A stretch of DNA of 64,000 nucleotides. Origin: Candidatus Saccharimonadota bacterium. Its GTDB lineage: Bacteria; Patescibacteriota; Saccharimonadia; Saccharimonadales; Saccharimonadaceae. Shown here in pieces: positions 9,723 through 18,912 of the stretch (positions are counted from its first letter, which is position 1; each line of letters starts with the position of its first letter). The DNA is taken from contig WRFU01000001.1 of the NCBI GenBank assembly GCA_009778675.1, positions 797-64,796 of the forward strand, given 5' to 3'. Under the pieces are notes generated by a model. That model was given only the letters and a program-made list of their open reading frames with translations, ran no database searches and was not told the DNA's origin. A program made the translations under genes and the position numbers.

Positions 9723-10106
9723 ATGAAAAAAATATTGCTATTGTTATTACCAATCACAGTTATAGGGCTAGTGTGTTTAGCACCGGTTTCAACGTTGGCC
9801 GCCGATCCGTACAATGCCTGCCAGTATAACCCAGATGCTGCCGCTTGTGCCGATAAAGATACAAAAGGTGCGCAAACCAATTTAGCGACACGCGTCCAAA
9901 CTGTTCTAGACACAGTTTATCTGACTGCGGGCATTCTAGCGATTATCTTTATTGTTTACGCTGGCATTCGCTACGTTACCGCTACCGGCCAGGCCGATAA
10001 GGTAAAGCTGGCTCAAAAGCAGCTCACCTATGCTATAGTAGGGTTAATCGTGGCTGTTGTCGCTTTTGGCATCACGCGGTTTGTCGTTTATTGGGTAACT
10101 AGATAA
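9723..10106 (+). CDS. VirB2/TrbC-like pilin paralogue
   Basis: The start is moved to MKKILLLLLPITV (SD GGTGGAG). Motif: IYAGIRYVTATGQADKVKLAQKQLTYAIVGLIVAVVAFGI. Confidence 0.7.
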   Translation: MKKILLLLLPITVIGLVCLAPVSTLAADPYNACQYNPDAAACADKDTKGAQTNLATRVQTVLDTVYLTAGILAIIFIVYAGIRYVTATGQADKVKLAQKQLTYAIVGLIVAVVAFGITRFVVYWVTR

Positions 10107-10118
10107 GGGGGTTAAACC

Positions 10119-10511
10119 ATGAAAATAAAAAATTTAATCGTGGCAGCAGGTCTAGTGTTTACAGTTGGCGCGGTCGCTTTAGTGCCAACCACCACTACAT
10201 TAGCTGCTACTATAGCGGCCACCAATTCTAAAGAAGCAGCCAAAAACGGTGTGATCGATGTCGGTGGTGATAACAAAGATAATGGCAGTGCACTAACAGG
10301 TACGATAAGCGCCTTAGTTAATACCGCATTGTTCATCGTCGGTGTTATAAGTGTTGTAATGATTATTTACGCCGGTATCCGCTACCAAACAGCGGCTGGT
10401 GATCCAGCCAAAATTAAAACCGCTCAACATACTTTAACTTACGCTATTGTTGGCCTTATAATTGCGATTTTGGCTTATGCTATCGTTAACTTTGTCATAG
10501 GTCAATTATAA
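10119..10511 (+). CDS. VirB2/TrbC-like pilin paralogue
   Basis: 130 aa with a signal peptide. Motif: IIYAGIRYQTAAGDPAKIKTAQHTLTYAIVGLIIAILAYAIVNFV. Confidence 0.75.
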   Translation: MKIKNLIVAAGLVFTVGAVALVPTTTTLAATIAATNSKEAAKNGVIDVGGDNKDNGSALTGTISALVNTALFIVGVISVVMIIYAGIRYQTAAGDPAKIKTAQHTLTYAIVGLIIAILAYAIVNFVIGQL

Positions 10512-10909
10512 TGAGCCGATTCGTGCAATTGATTAAACTGGCCTTAGTGGTTATTTGTAGTGTATTTGTGTTTTCTACTCTACTGACGCCGGCGTTATCT
10601 TATGCTGCCAAACCGGCGGATCAAATCAATAATGGCTTAAATCAAGCCGAAACAGGCGATGCCACGAAAAGCAGCACGAACCGTTCCTCTCTGCAAAACA
10701 CTGTTGGCAACCTTATCAATGCCGCCATTTTTATTGCTGGTATTTTGGCGGTTATCTTTATTGTTTACGCTGGTATCAGCTACGTGGTGTCGGCCGGCGA
10801 CCCAGCCAAGATCAAAACAGCTCAGCACATATTAACCTATTCTATTGTGGGGTTATTAATTTGTATCTTGGCCTTCGCTATTGTTAATTTTGTCTTAAGT
10901 AGGCTATAA
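10511..10909 (+). CDS. VirB2/TrbC-like pilin paralogue
   Basis: 132 aa. Motif: IVYAGISYVVSAGDPAKIKTAQHILTYSIVGLLICILAFAIVNFV. Confidence 0.75.
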   Translation: MSRFVQLIKLALVVICSVFVFSTLLTPALSYAAKPADQINNGLNQAETGDATKSSTNRSSLQNTVGNLINAAIFIAGILAVIFIVYAGISYVVSAGDPAKIKTAQHILTYSIVGLLICILAFAIVNFVLSRL

Positions 10910-11027
10910 TAAAGGCGTCTGAGTGAAAAGCTTAAGCCTGTTTAAGTTTTCCCAAAGGATGTGATTTATTATATCTTCTGATATAATTTACGATAAGTCT
11001 TAAGCATTAACACGAAAGGAATAATAA

Positions 11028-11414
11028 ATGAAAAAACTAACTAAGATCCTAGTAGCCGGTGCGGCAGCGCTTGCTTTGGCCTTTAGCTTTGTACCAGTAA
11101 CGGGTGTTCTGGCTGATCCAGTTGGTGGCCTTGGTGATGGAGTTAATCAAGCTAGATCTAATGACCAACCAAGTAATCTCTTTGGTGATGGCGGTATTAT
11201 TACTGGCGTTATTAATGCTGTGCTATTTATCGTCGGTATTTTAAGTGTTGTTATGATTATCTACGGTGGTATCCGTTACGCTACTAGTGCCGGTGAAGCC
11301 AAGCGTGTCACTGATGCTAAAAACACTATTATGTATGCTATTGTCGGCTTAATCGTCTCGATTTTGGCCTACGCCATTGTCAACTTCGTAATTGGTAACA
11401 TCATCCAGTCGTAG
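11028..11414 (+). CDS. VirB2/TrbC-like pilin paralogue
   Basis: 128 aa. Motif: IIYGGIRYATSAGEAKRVTDAKNTIMYAIVGLIVSILAYAIVNFV. It has its own promoter and SD, and is closest to the distal copy at 17234..17647. Confidence 0.75.
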   Translation: MKKLTKILVAGAAALALAFSFVPVTGVLADPVGGLGDGVNQARSNDQPSNLFGDGGIITGVINAVLFIVGILSVVMIIYGGIRYATSAGEAKRVTDAKNTIMYAIVGLIVSILAYAIVNFVIGNIIQS

Positions 11415-11612
11415 CCGCAACATCATCGGCTTATCCCAACCCGTCCTAGACTGTTTTAAATACCCGCCTAACTGGGCGGGTATTTAAAAAACCAACTCAT
11501 CCTCCAAACAAGTCCGACTTGTTTGGAGCAAAAATGTGGTGTGATAAAACTGCGCCCTAGGCGGGGGTGCAGTTTTAAAATCATAAGTGACTCGTAACAC
11601 TTATTGCTTAGC

Positions 11613-12089
11613 TTATAGAACTTTTATCTTCTTGGCTTTTTCTTCTTTAACTTTGTCGAACGAAATAGTCAAAACGCCATCTTTTAGTACGGCCTCGACA
11701 CCGTCTTCTTTGATTGGCACTGGCAGCGCAATCGTGCGACTAAATTCGCCCCAGTAACATTCCTGGACGTGCCAGTTGGCTACTTCGGTGCTATCACCAG
11801 AGTTCAGCGTGCCGCTGATTGTTAAAATATTATCAGAAATACTAACGTCTAGGTCTTTTTTATCGACGCCAGCCGTACGGGCTTTTACCACCAACTTATC
11901 AGCAGTTTCATAAACATCTACTGCTAGCTGGCCTGGGAATTCCTCGCTTGTTTCATCCCATTCTTCTTCTTGTACCGGGGCTTCTTCCGAAGTTTCTTCT
12001 AGTAGTTGTTCGTCATTCAAAAACGCAGCCGCTAGTTCGTCCTCGATTAGAAGATCATTATCTTGTTTACGAGCCATAATATCCTCCAC
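11613..12089 (-). CDS. Hsp20/alpha-crystallin small heat-shock protein
   Basis: 158 aa with an alpha-crystallin core (LAVDVYETADKLVVKARTAGVDKKDLDVSISDNILTISG...GVLTISFDK). Confidence 0.85.
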   Translation of the reverse strand: MEDIMARKQDNDLLIEDELAAAFLNDEQLLEETSEEAPVQEEEWDETSEEFPGQLAVDVYETADKLVVKARTAGVDKKDLDVSISDNILTISGTLNSGDSTEVANWHVQECYWGEFSRTIALPVPIKEDGVEAVLKDGVLTISFDKVKEEKAKKIKVL

Positions 12090-12147
12090 TTAGGCTTTGA
12101 ATAGCTTAATTATACAGGCAAATTGATTTATAATCAATGAAATAGAG

Positions 12148-12828
12148 GTGAACGTTGTAAATAACACTATGCTAGATGAACTATTAAATTTTATAGCACC
12201 GCACTACTGTTGTTCTTGCGGGCAAAAAGGGCAGATTTTATGCCATCGTTGTAAAAGCGACATCAATTTTGATGGTCTAAACTATTGTCTACTATGCGGA
12301 TCGCCGATCATTCATAGTTGCACGCGTTGCCGGCCGGCTTACGCTAAATCTTGGGTGGTTGGCAAACGTGAAGGTGCGCTTAAGGCGCTCATAAACCAGT
12401 ACAAATTTAGCCGTGCGCGTAGCGCCTACAGACCTTTAGCGCAAATGTTAGCCGATACACTGCCCCAACTGCCGCCAGATACCGTAATTGTACCTATCCC
12501 CACTATCGCCCCACACGTGCGGGCTCGCGGTTACGATCAAGTTAAGTTAATGGCCAAACAGCTAGCCAAACTAAAGAGTTGTGCCTATGCCCCACTTTTA
12601 GCCCGTAAAACTAACACCGTACAGCATGGTGCAACTCGCACCAAACGCCAGCAACAAGCTAAACAAGCTTTTTGTTGTCGAAAACAATTAAATCCATCTA
12701 CCCCATATCTTATTGTCGATGACATCAGCACCACTGGTGCGACTGTCAACGTGGCCGCTAAAGTGTTAAAAGCTGCCGGTGCGACTAAAGTCTGGGTGGC
12801 AGTGGTAGCCTGGCAGCCGCACAAATAG
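12148..12828 (+). CDS. comF: ComF-family phosphoribosyltransferase-domain protein
   Basis: The N-terminus has double CxxC zinc fingers (CCSCG..CHRC, CLLCG..CTRC). The C-terminal PRT motif is LIVDDISTTGAT. The start codon is uncertain (GTG 12148 or ATG 12169). Confidence 0.8.
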   Translation: MNVVNNTMLDELLNFIAPHYCCSCGQKGQILCHRCKSDINFDGLNYCLLCGSPIIHSCTRCRPAYAKSWVVGKREGALKALINQYKFSRARSAYRPLAQMLADTLPQLPPDTVIVPIPTIAPHVRARGYDQVKLMAKQLAKLKSCAYAPLLARKTNTVQHGATRTKRQQQAKQAFCCRKQLNPSTPYLIVDDISTTGATVNVAAKVLKAAGATKVWVAVVAWQPHK

Positions 12829-12895
12829 TCATCATCCCCCGGGAGCTTGTAGTTTTCGCAAGACCTCTCATCTTAATTTTTGGTACAATAACTTT

Positions 12896-14341
12896 ATGTC
12901 TAAACTAAAATGGCTACAGCCGCCGCGTTGGTTAGTTTTTGTCGTGATTTTTATTTTGTTCACGTTAGTAGCTTGGCGTCATTTAGATCCGGATTTTGGC
13001 TGGCATCTGGTATCTGGCCAGTATTTTCTGGCTCATGGTGTGCCAAAAACAGATATCTTTAGCTATACGGCCACGCACTTTTCGTGGGTCAATCACGAAT
13101 GGCTAAGCGATATCATCCTATCGATAATCTACAGTTTAGGTGGTTACGGTTTAGCTGCCGTAGTTTATGGTGTTATGTGGACACTATCTTTTTACCTAAT
13201 TGGCCGCCGTGCTAACGGTTGGGTATTGCTAGCCGCCATTGCAGCCGTGCTACCTTGTGCTGGCGTGCGCGGTGTTACATGGTCGGTGTTAGGTTTGGCA
13301 GCTCTACTAACCTTATTAAACATCTGGCGTCAAAAGCTATCTAGCCGGCGGCGTCTACTACTGGGTATTGCCATAGTAGCGTTAATCGGTCTTTGGGCGA
13401 ATTTGCATGGCGGTTTTATTGTAGGTATCGCAGTGGTTGTATTTTATGCATTTTTACAAAAATCTTGGCGCCTAGGCCTAGTTGCTATTGGCGGTGCCTT
13501 ATTGGCGTTGATTAATCCATACGGGATTGGTATTTACGTTGAAGTAACACGCACACTACTAGATACTAGCCTAAAAAGCAACATCGCAGAATGGGAACCA
13601 GCCTGGCACTTGATGAATTGGAGCGCCGCCGCTCTGTTGGTGCTATATGGTGTAGCCTTTTTATGGACAGTCTCCAATACCAAACATCGCTCATGGCGTA
13701 CCTTTTTAACAGCCGAAAACATCTTTTTGCTGGCGGCTTTTAGCGCCTACCGTAACTGGCCATTTTTTGCATTAGCAGCGATACCAATGGTAGATCACAA
13801 CGCAAAACAGATTGCCAAAGAACTAACAAACAAGCCGCCCCACCGTATCAACTGGATTTTTGCAGCAGCGATTGTTGGGATGATCGCATTCAGCGGCTGG
13901 CGAGTGTATCAGCAAGACTTTAGCGGCTCGTGGCAGCGCGAAGCTAATTCGCCGCAGGCCGCCGTTAGTTATCTGCAGGCTAATCCATGCCCGGGCAATT
14001 TATTTAACGATTATGACATCGGTGGCTACCTTATCTGGAAACTGCCGCAGGCTAAAGTGTTTATCGATGGCCGCATGCCCAGCTGGGAAATCGCACCTGG
14101 TGATCGTAACTACGGCCAGTTACCAAAATATTTTGATGTTTATAAAAAGATTTACGACAATAAAGATAAACAGTGGCGCACAGCCGAGTTTAAAGCCTAT
14201 AACATTAGGTGCGCGCTAATTGGTAAAAACTCAGATTTAGCTAAAGCCCTAAAGCACGAAAAATGGCACCAAGTCAAAAGTGCTGGCGGCTGGGTATTGC
14301 TGATAGAAAATTCAAATTCGCAATCAGGTGATACACAATGA
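12896..14341 (+). CDS. polytopic membrane protein, possible GT-C-type glycosyltransferase
   Basis: 481 aa with about 10 TM helices and a soluble C-terminal domain. It sits in a cluster with a second GT-C-like gene and a GT2 gene. The ATG is 6 nt after TGgTACAAT (12881..12889). Confidence 0.45.
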   Translation: MSKLKWLQPPRWLVFVVIFILFTLVAWRHLDPDFGWHLVSGQYFLAHGVPKTDIFSYTATHFSWVNHEWLSDIILSIIYSLGGYGLAAVVYGVMWTLSFYLIGRRANGWVLLAAIAAVLPCAGVRGVTWSVLGLAALLTLLNIWRQKLSSRRRLLLGIAIVALIGLWANLHGGFIVGIAVVVFYAFLQKSWRLGLVAIGGALLALINPYGIGIYVEVTRTLLDTSLKSNIAEWEPAWHLMNWSAAALLVLYGVAFLWTVSNTKHRSWRTFLTAENIFLLAAFSAYRNWPFFALAAIPMVDHNAKQIAKELTNKPPHRINWIFAAAIVGMIAFSGWRVYQQDFSGSWQREANSPQAAVSYLQANPCPGNLFNDYDIGGYLIWKLPQAKVFIDGRMPSWEIAPGDRNYGQLPKYFDVYKKIYDNKDKQWRTAEFKAYNIRCALIGKNSDLAKALKHEKWHQVKSAGGWVLLIENSNSQSGDTQ

Positions 14342-15588
14342 AAGTTCTCCAGAAGATCGCCAAGATCCCGTTGCCCGTTTTAATTTTAATGACGATTATA
14401 ATTGTCATGATCGTGGCAATATTTATTGCTAGTTCACCTACTGGCGAACAACAGTTTTCTGATTTAGCCCTTAGTTTCCTACGGGGACATTTATATTTTT
14501 GGGACAATCAACTGCGTGGTGATGCCACGTTATTTAACAGCCATTATTATTGGTCGCTGGGAATCTTTCCGGCACTATTGATTACGCCATTTATGGCAAT
14601 CTTTCAGTTATTCGGCGGATATTTTTATCAAGAATATTTATTTGTACCACTGGTAGTATTGGCATTATATTTAATCTATAGGCTTGCTAGGCGGTTTAAT
14701 TATAGCGGCCAAGATGCTGGCTACTTAGTGATAGTTGGCTTGGCCGGAACATCTTTACTGGGAATTGCACCAATCGCGATGAGTTGGTATTTAGCCTCGC
14801 TAATTGGTTTTGTATTGCTGCTCCTTGCATTAGTCGAATTTTTCGGGAAACGCCGCTATTGGGTATTAGGAGTTCTAACAGGGTTGCTAGTTTTGACGCG
14901 CCCACCTGCAGCTGTAGCATTGGCAGTATTTTTGATTCTGGACATGTTTTTGGCACAAAAGATAGAGTTTTGTAGGATCTTCAGTTGGCAGAACTGGTGT
15001 AAACTGGCTAAAGTCGCGTTACCTATTATACTAGCGCTAGTAATTTTCTGTACTTATAACTACGCACGTTTTAGCAACCCCTTGGAAACAGGCTATGCAC
15101 AACAAATCTATCCGAATGTCCAAATCAATAAGTACGATATTGCCGCACGTCAGTATGGTATTTTCAACATCCGCCACATTCCTGGGCAACTTTATAATAT
15201 GTTTTTTAGCATGCCAACCCCAGTATATTATCATGGCAAGGCGCCAGTGCTAACGCCACCATTTATTCGTAGCAATCGATATGGCATGAGCCTGTTTTTG
15301 ATTTCACCCTGGTTATTATGGCTCTTTACGGTTCGCCGGAAACATTGGTCAAAAGTAGCAGTTTTCCTATTAATAGCTGCCAGTGCAGGGATATTATTAA
15401 ATGCGTGTTTCTTCGGTCTGGGTTATGGGCTGTTCGGACTACGATACTCACTCGATTTCTTACCATTCTTGATGTGTGCGCTGTTTATGCTTTATCACAG
15501 ACAAAACAAACAGCTTACACGTGGCATGAAATCTTTAATTGTGATATCAGCGTTGTTTAATCTCTATTTATTACTGACTGCGATTTAA
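14338..15588 (+). CDS. ArnT/PMT-like (GT-C fold) membrane glycosyltransferase candidate
   Basis: 416 aa and polytopic. A 4-nt overlap couples it to the upstream gene. The general layout matches family 39/83-like transferases. Assignment is by architecture only. Confidence 0.45.
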   Translation: MKVLQKIAKIPLPVLILMTIIIVMIVAIFIASSPTGEQQFSDLALSFLRGHLYFWDNQLRGDATLFNSHYYWSLGIFPALLITPFMAIFQLFGGYFYQEYLFVPLVVLALYLIYRLARRFNYSGQDAGYLVIVGLAGTSLLGIAPIAMSWYLASLIGFVLLLLALVEFFGKRRYWVLGVLTGLLVLTRPPAAVALAVFLILDMFLAQKIEFCRIFSWQNWCKLAKVALPIILALVIFCTYNYARFSNPLETGYAQQIYPNVQINKYDIAARQYGIFNIRHIPGQLYNMFFSMPTPVYYHGKAPVLTPPFIRSNRYGMSLFLISPWLLWLFTVRRKHWSKVAVFLLIAASAGILLNACFFGLGYGLFGLRYSLDFLPFLMCALFMLYHRQNKQLTRGMKSLIVISALFNLYLLLTAI

Positions 15589-15615
15589 TAGTACAGATTT
15601 TGGTAAAATAGTTAA

Positions 15616-16308
15616 ATGAATACACCACAGTGCAGCCTAGTTTTGCCATGTCGTAATGAAGCGACCCATTTAACAGCAGTACTCGCAGCTGCTCCTAAGA
15701 TAGTTACTGAAATTATTATTGTTGATAACAATTCTACTGATAATACTGCCCAAGTTTGTGCGAAGTTGGCCAAGCAGGACTCACGCATTCGATACCTTCT
15801 TGATCCGCGGCAGAAAGATGGTGTTGGTTATGGCTTCGCTATCATGACGGGTCTGGTTGCGGCTAGGGGCGACTTTGTTATAGTGGCCGATGGTGATGGC
15901 AGCTACCCGTTTGGTGAGATCTTATCGGCTGTAGAATTCATGGAAAAGCAAAGGTTAGATTTTGTATCATGTTCGCGATATCCAGTCGGCTCGGGTGCTG
16001 AACCTATACCAATCAAACTGTGGGCGGGGGTAAGAATTCTGAACACCTGGGTAAAGTTGCTCTATGGGTTGAAATTCGATGATATTTTATCTGGCATGAT
16101 GATAATACGGCGTGCTAGTTTAAACAAGCTGCGTCTTGATGCGGGTGATTGGAATATGAGTCCGCAGTTAAAACTGGAAGCTTTTCGGCACTTACGTGCC
16201 AGTGAATTCCATATTTCCCAGCAACAACGCTTTGGCAAAACTAAACAGCACTACGTCAAAACAGGTATAAGTCATATGTTTTGGATTCTAGCTAATCGAT
16301 TCCAGTAA
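15616..16308 (+). CDS. family 2 glycosyltransferase (polyprenyl-phosphate sugar synthase-like)
   Basis: 230 aa with VLPCRNEA, IIIVDNNSTDNT and VADGDGSYP motifs. The ATG is 6 nt after TGgTAAAAT. Confidence 0.8.
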   Translation: MNTPQCSLVLPCRNEATHLTAVLAAAPKIVTEIIIVDNNSTDNTAQVCAKLAKQDSRIRYLLDPRQKDGVGYGFAIMTGLVAARGDFVIVADGDGSYPFGEILSAVEFMEKQRLDFVSCSRYPVGSGAEPIPIKLWAGVRILNTWVKLLYGLKFDDILSGMMIIRRASLNKLRLDAGDWNMSPQLKLEAFRHLRASEFHISQQQRFGKTKQHYVKTGISHMFWILANRFQ

Positions 16309-16370
16309 GTTCTAGGCATCATAAAAGCTCGGGTTGCGGCCTAACCTAAATACAAGGTATAATCCCCTAT

Positions 16371-16458
16371 GGAAGGTTGACCGAGTGGTTTAAGGTACCG
16401 GTCTTGAAAACCGGCGTGGGGCAACCCACCGCGAGTTCGAATCTCGCACCTTCCGCCA
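16371..16458 (+). tRNA. tRNA-Ser (anticodon UGA), CCA encoded
   Basis: Cloverleaf folded by hand: acceptor ggaaggt/accttcc, anticodon loop cuUGAaa, long variable arm, T-loop gttcgaatc. Confidence 0.9.
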
Positions 16459-16537
16459 TTTAATTATTGACGTAGTTAAAGCACTACGTTAACATTAAAG
16501 CATAATATAATAGTTAAAGCAGGATAGGACAAGCTTT

Positions 16538-16831
16538 ATGTATCAAATGACAGTTTCATCCCAAGGCCAAGTCACTCTACCCGCTAAATTGCGTCAAGCG
16601 TTGGGGGTAAAGCCTGGTGATTCTATCACAATCACGACGCAAAGTGGCGAAGTGGTATTAGAACGTTCAAAAACTCTAAGGGAGAAATTGGCCAACCTAC
16701 GTCGTGAGTTACCTAATGCTGCGCAGCTGGATATAGAAAACCACCGTGGCCAAACCGTAAATGAATTGCGTAATAATTACATGCAAAGCCATAGTGGCAA
16801 CCAATTAACCAGGGGTGAATATGGTTTATAG
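16538..16831 (+). CDS. AbrB/MazE/SpoVT-fold antitoxin (VapB-like)
   Basis: 97 aa. MTVSSQGQVTLPAKLRQALGVKPGDSITI is the swapped-hairpin motif. It overlaps the downstream PIN gene. Confidence 0.7.
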   Translation: MYQMTVSSQGQVTLPAKLRQALGVKPGDSITITTQSGEVVLERSKTLREKLANLRRELPNAAQLDIENHRGQTVNELRNNYMQSHSGNQLTRGEYGL

Positions 16832-17222
16832 AGAATCACTCGATGCCAACGTATTACTCCGTCTAGTTCTAAATGATGTGCCGATCCAAACAGAAAAAGT
16901 TATTAAATTGCTCGAACGCAAAAATGCCAGTTATGACGTGTCAGATTTAGCGATACACGAGTTGGCTTATGTGTTAGAGATGGCACTTGGTTTAAGCCGC
17001 GATTTTGTCGCCCAAACCATCGATATTATCATATCTACCCATAATATTAACTGTAACCGGACTTTGTTTGGCGAAGTACTGCCGGCTTATTTAAAGTATC
17101 CAAAACTATCATTTAACGATTGTTGCTTGGCAGGCTATGCCAAACTCAACCAAACTGAGCCACTGTGGACTTTTGATCACACACTAGCTGTACAATCAGG
17201 TATTGCCAAAGAAATAAAGTAG
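16815..17222 (+). CDS. PIN-domain toxin (VapC-like)
   Basis: 135 aa. The N-terminal LDANVLLRLV carries the first acidic residue. Size and operon position are typical of VapC. Confidence 0.65.
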   Translation: MNMVYRESLDANVLLRLVLNDVPIQTEKVIKLLERKNASYDVSDLAIHELAYVLEMALGLSRDFVAQTIDIIISTHNINCNRTLFGEVLPAYLKYPKLSFNDCCLAGYAKLNQTEPLWTFDHTLAVQSGIAKEIK

Positions 17223-17233
17223 GGTCGATCGTT

Positions 17234-17647
17234 TTAGACGTTTAACTGGGCGCCGGTACTAGAACTAGCCAACGAAGTAATAATAAAGTTAATAATAGCG
17301 TAAGACAATATGGCGATAATTAGGCCAATGATAGCATACATAATGGTGTTTTTAGCATCGGTAACGCGTTTGCTGTCACCACCCGAAATAATGTAGCGAA
17401 AACCACCATAAATCAGCATAATAACACTAATAATACCGACGCCAAACAGTAGCGTATTGGTGACTTGTGTAAAAATACCACTCGCGCCGAACAGATCTGT
17501 TGGTTGGTCGGTGCCTTTAGCTTCAAGCGCACCACCAGCCACGCCACCGGTTGTTGGTGCGGCAAAAATCCTACCAACCCAAATGTTTAACGTAGCATAA
17601 GCTGCCACTGTTGTGGCCAAAATAGTTTTTGCAATTTTTTTGATCAT
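17234..17647 (-). CDS. VirB2/TrbC-like pilin paralogue (distal eighth copy)
   Basis: 137 aa. Motif: LIYGGFRYIISGGDSKRVTDAKNTIMYAIIGLIIAILSYAIINFI. It is most similar to 11028..11414. Confidence 0.75.
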   Translation of the reverse strand: MIKKIAKTILATTVAAYATLNIWVGRIFAAPTTGGVAGGALEAKGTDQPTDLFGASGIFTQVTNTLLFGVGIISVIMLIYGGFRYIISGGDSKRVTDAKNTIMYAIIGLIIAILSYAIINFIITSLASSSTGAQLNV

Positions 17648-17824
17648 AGCTAGCCCTTTAAATACTTAGCTTAAATATAGCATGCTATAACTAGCCTGTC
17701 TAGATAAAGGCATGTTATAATCTAATACGACACGGAGTGCCGGAGCGTTTTAGCCAAAACGCGACAAAATCAGATGATTGACGGTCACCGTCCCCTGAGG
17801 GACAATTGGGTGTGTCAACTGTAA

Positions 17825-17917
17825 GGAGGAGTACCCAAGTGGCTGAAGGGGACGGTTTGCTAAATCGTTAGACTGGGGAGACCTGGTGCGGGAGTTCGAA
17901 TCTCCCCTCCTCCGCCA
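17825..17917 (+). tRNA. tRNA-Ser (anticodon GCU), CCA encoded
   Basis: Acceptor ggaggag/ctcctcc, anticodon loop uuGCUaa, long variable arm, T-loop gttcgaatc. Confidence 0.9.
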
Positions 17918-17931
17918 AATTAGGAGGTATT

Positions 17932-18249
17932 ATGCAATATTTTTGGTTATTTATCTCGGGGATGCTAGCATTTAACGCTATTCCCCACTTTGTTCATGGC
18001 ATCAGCGGTGAACCGTTCTTTCTGCCACAGCGTCAAAACCGCGGCCAACGCGGTGCACCAGTTGTTAACGTTGCCTGGGGGTTTGTAAACTTTTTATTGG
18101 CTGTTGTTATCTGGCGGTTCGTATTTGACTGGCCTACCGAATTTTACACCAAAATCCTAGTAATTTTAGCCGGCGGTCTACTACTAGCGATTGGTTTATC
18201 GTTCGGTTTCACCAAACGCGCCAAGCTAGCCAAGAGTAAAAAAGACTAG
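17932..18249 (+). CDS. small membrane protein (3 TM)
   Basis: 105 aa and hydrophobic. A strong SD (AGGAGG) precedes it and the terminator at 18294..18332 follows it. Confidence 0.5.
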   Translation: MQYFWLFISGMLAFNAIPHFVHGISGEPFFLPQRQNRGQRGAPVVNVAWGFVNFLLAVVIWRFVFDWPTEFYTKILVILAGGLLLAIGLSFGFTKRAKLAKSKKD

Positions 18250-18293
18250 CCTCCGATTGTCATCTCGAGCCTACCGAGAGATCTTTAATCCAC

Positions 18294-18332
18294 CCCCCGT
18301 TTGCATAGTCCGGCATTGCAAACGGGGGTTTT
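18294..18332 (+). terminator. intrinsic terminator
   Basis: A 12-bp stem (cccccgtttgca / tgcaaacggggg) followed by tttt. Confidence 0.8.
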
Positions 18333-18457
18333 ATGGTGTAATACGGCGGTTTTTCTATGGTTTTTTACCACCTACCCCCAATTTCTTACCACTTGCGCCA
18401 AAAACGTTTACTCGCTCGTAACACGAAGTATAATTAAACCAGGATCCAAAAATTGCA

Positions 18458-18910
18458 ATGAAAATCCGTATCGAAACCGATGATAGCTTGGACGAACCCG
18501 AGATTATCATTCGTAGCCCAAAACTAAACGGCGATGTGGCGAAAGTCCAAGTAGCAATTTTAGACGCACTGACTAAAAACCGTAAATTACCATTTATGCA
18601 GGGCGGTAAAGAGTATTATTTGACCCCCGATAGCATCCTATTTTTCGAAGCGGTCGATGGTAAAACTTATGCTCACACCCCTGCTAACGTTTACGAAACC
18701 CGGCAAAAATTGTACGAACTCGAAGATATTTTACCAAGCAGTTTTGTCCGCGCTGGTAAGTCGGTGGTTATTGGTACAAAGTACATTTTAGCTATCAGCC
18801 GTAATCTTACCGGCCCTAGCACTGTCCAGTTTCGGGGCAGTCACAAGCAAATCAATGTTTCACGCGGTTATTTCAAACAATTAAAGGATAAATTAAACGA
18901 AAGGGTTTAA
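18458..18910 (+). CDS. LytTR-domain DNA-binding protein without a receiver domain
   Basis: 150 aa. The segment YYLTPDSILFFEAVDGKTYAHT...FVRAGKSVVIGTKYI...INVSRGY is the LytTR pattern. Confidence 0.7.
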   Translation: MKIRIETDDSLDEPEIIIRSPKLNGDVAKVQVAILDALTKNRKLPFMQGGKEYYLTPDSILFFEAVDGKTYAHTPANVYETRQKLYELEDILPSSFVRAGKSVVIGTKYILAISRNLTGPSTVQFRGSHKQINVSRGYFKQLKDKLNERV

Positions 18911-18912
18911 AA

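Noticed and set aside
9530-10828. Minus-strand ORFs 9530..9913, 10112..10336 and 10637..10828.
   Set aside because: They are antisense shadows of the conserved pilin paralogues. They have no SD or promoter and odd composition.
11449-11560. Hairpins after the last tandem pilin gene (acccgcc...ggcgggt, ctccaaacaagt...acttgtttggag, aaactgcgccc...gggtgcagttt).
   Set aside because: They are probably ordinary convergent terminators for the pilin and hsp20 genes. They have no repeat relationship to other elements, so I did not list them as special.
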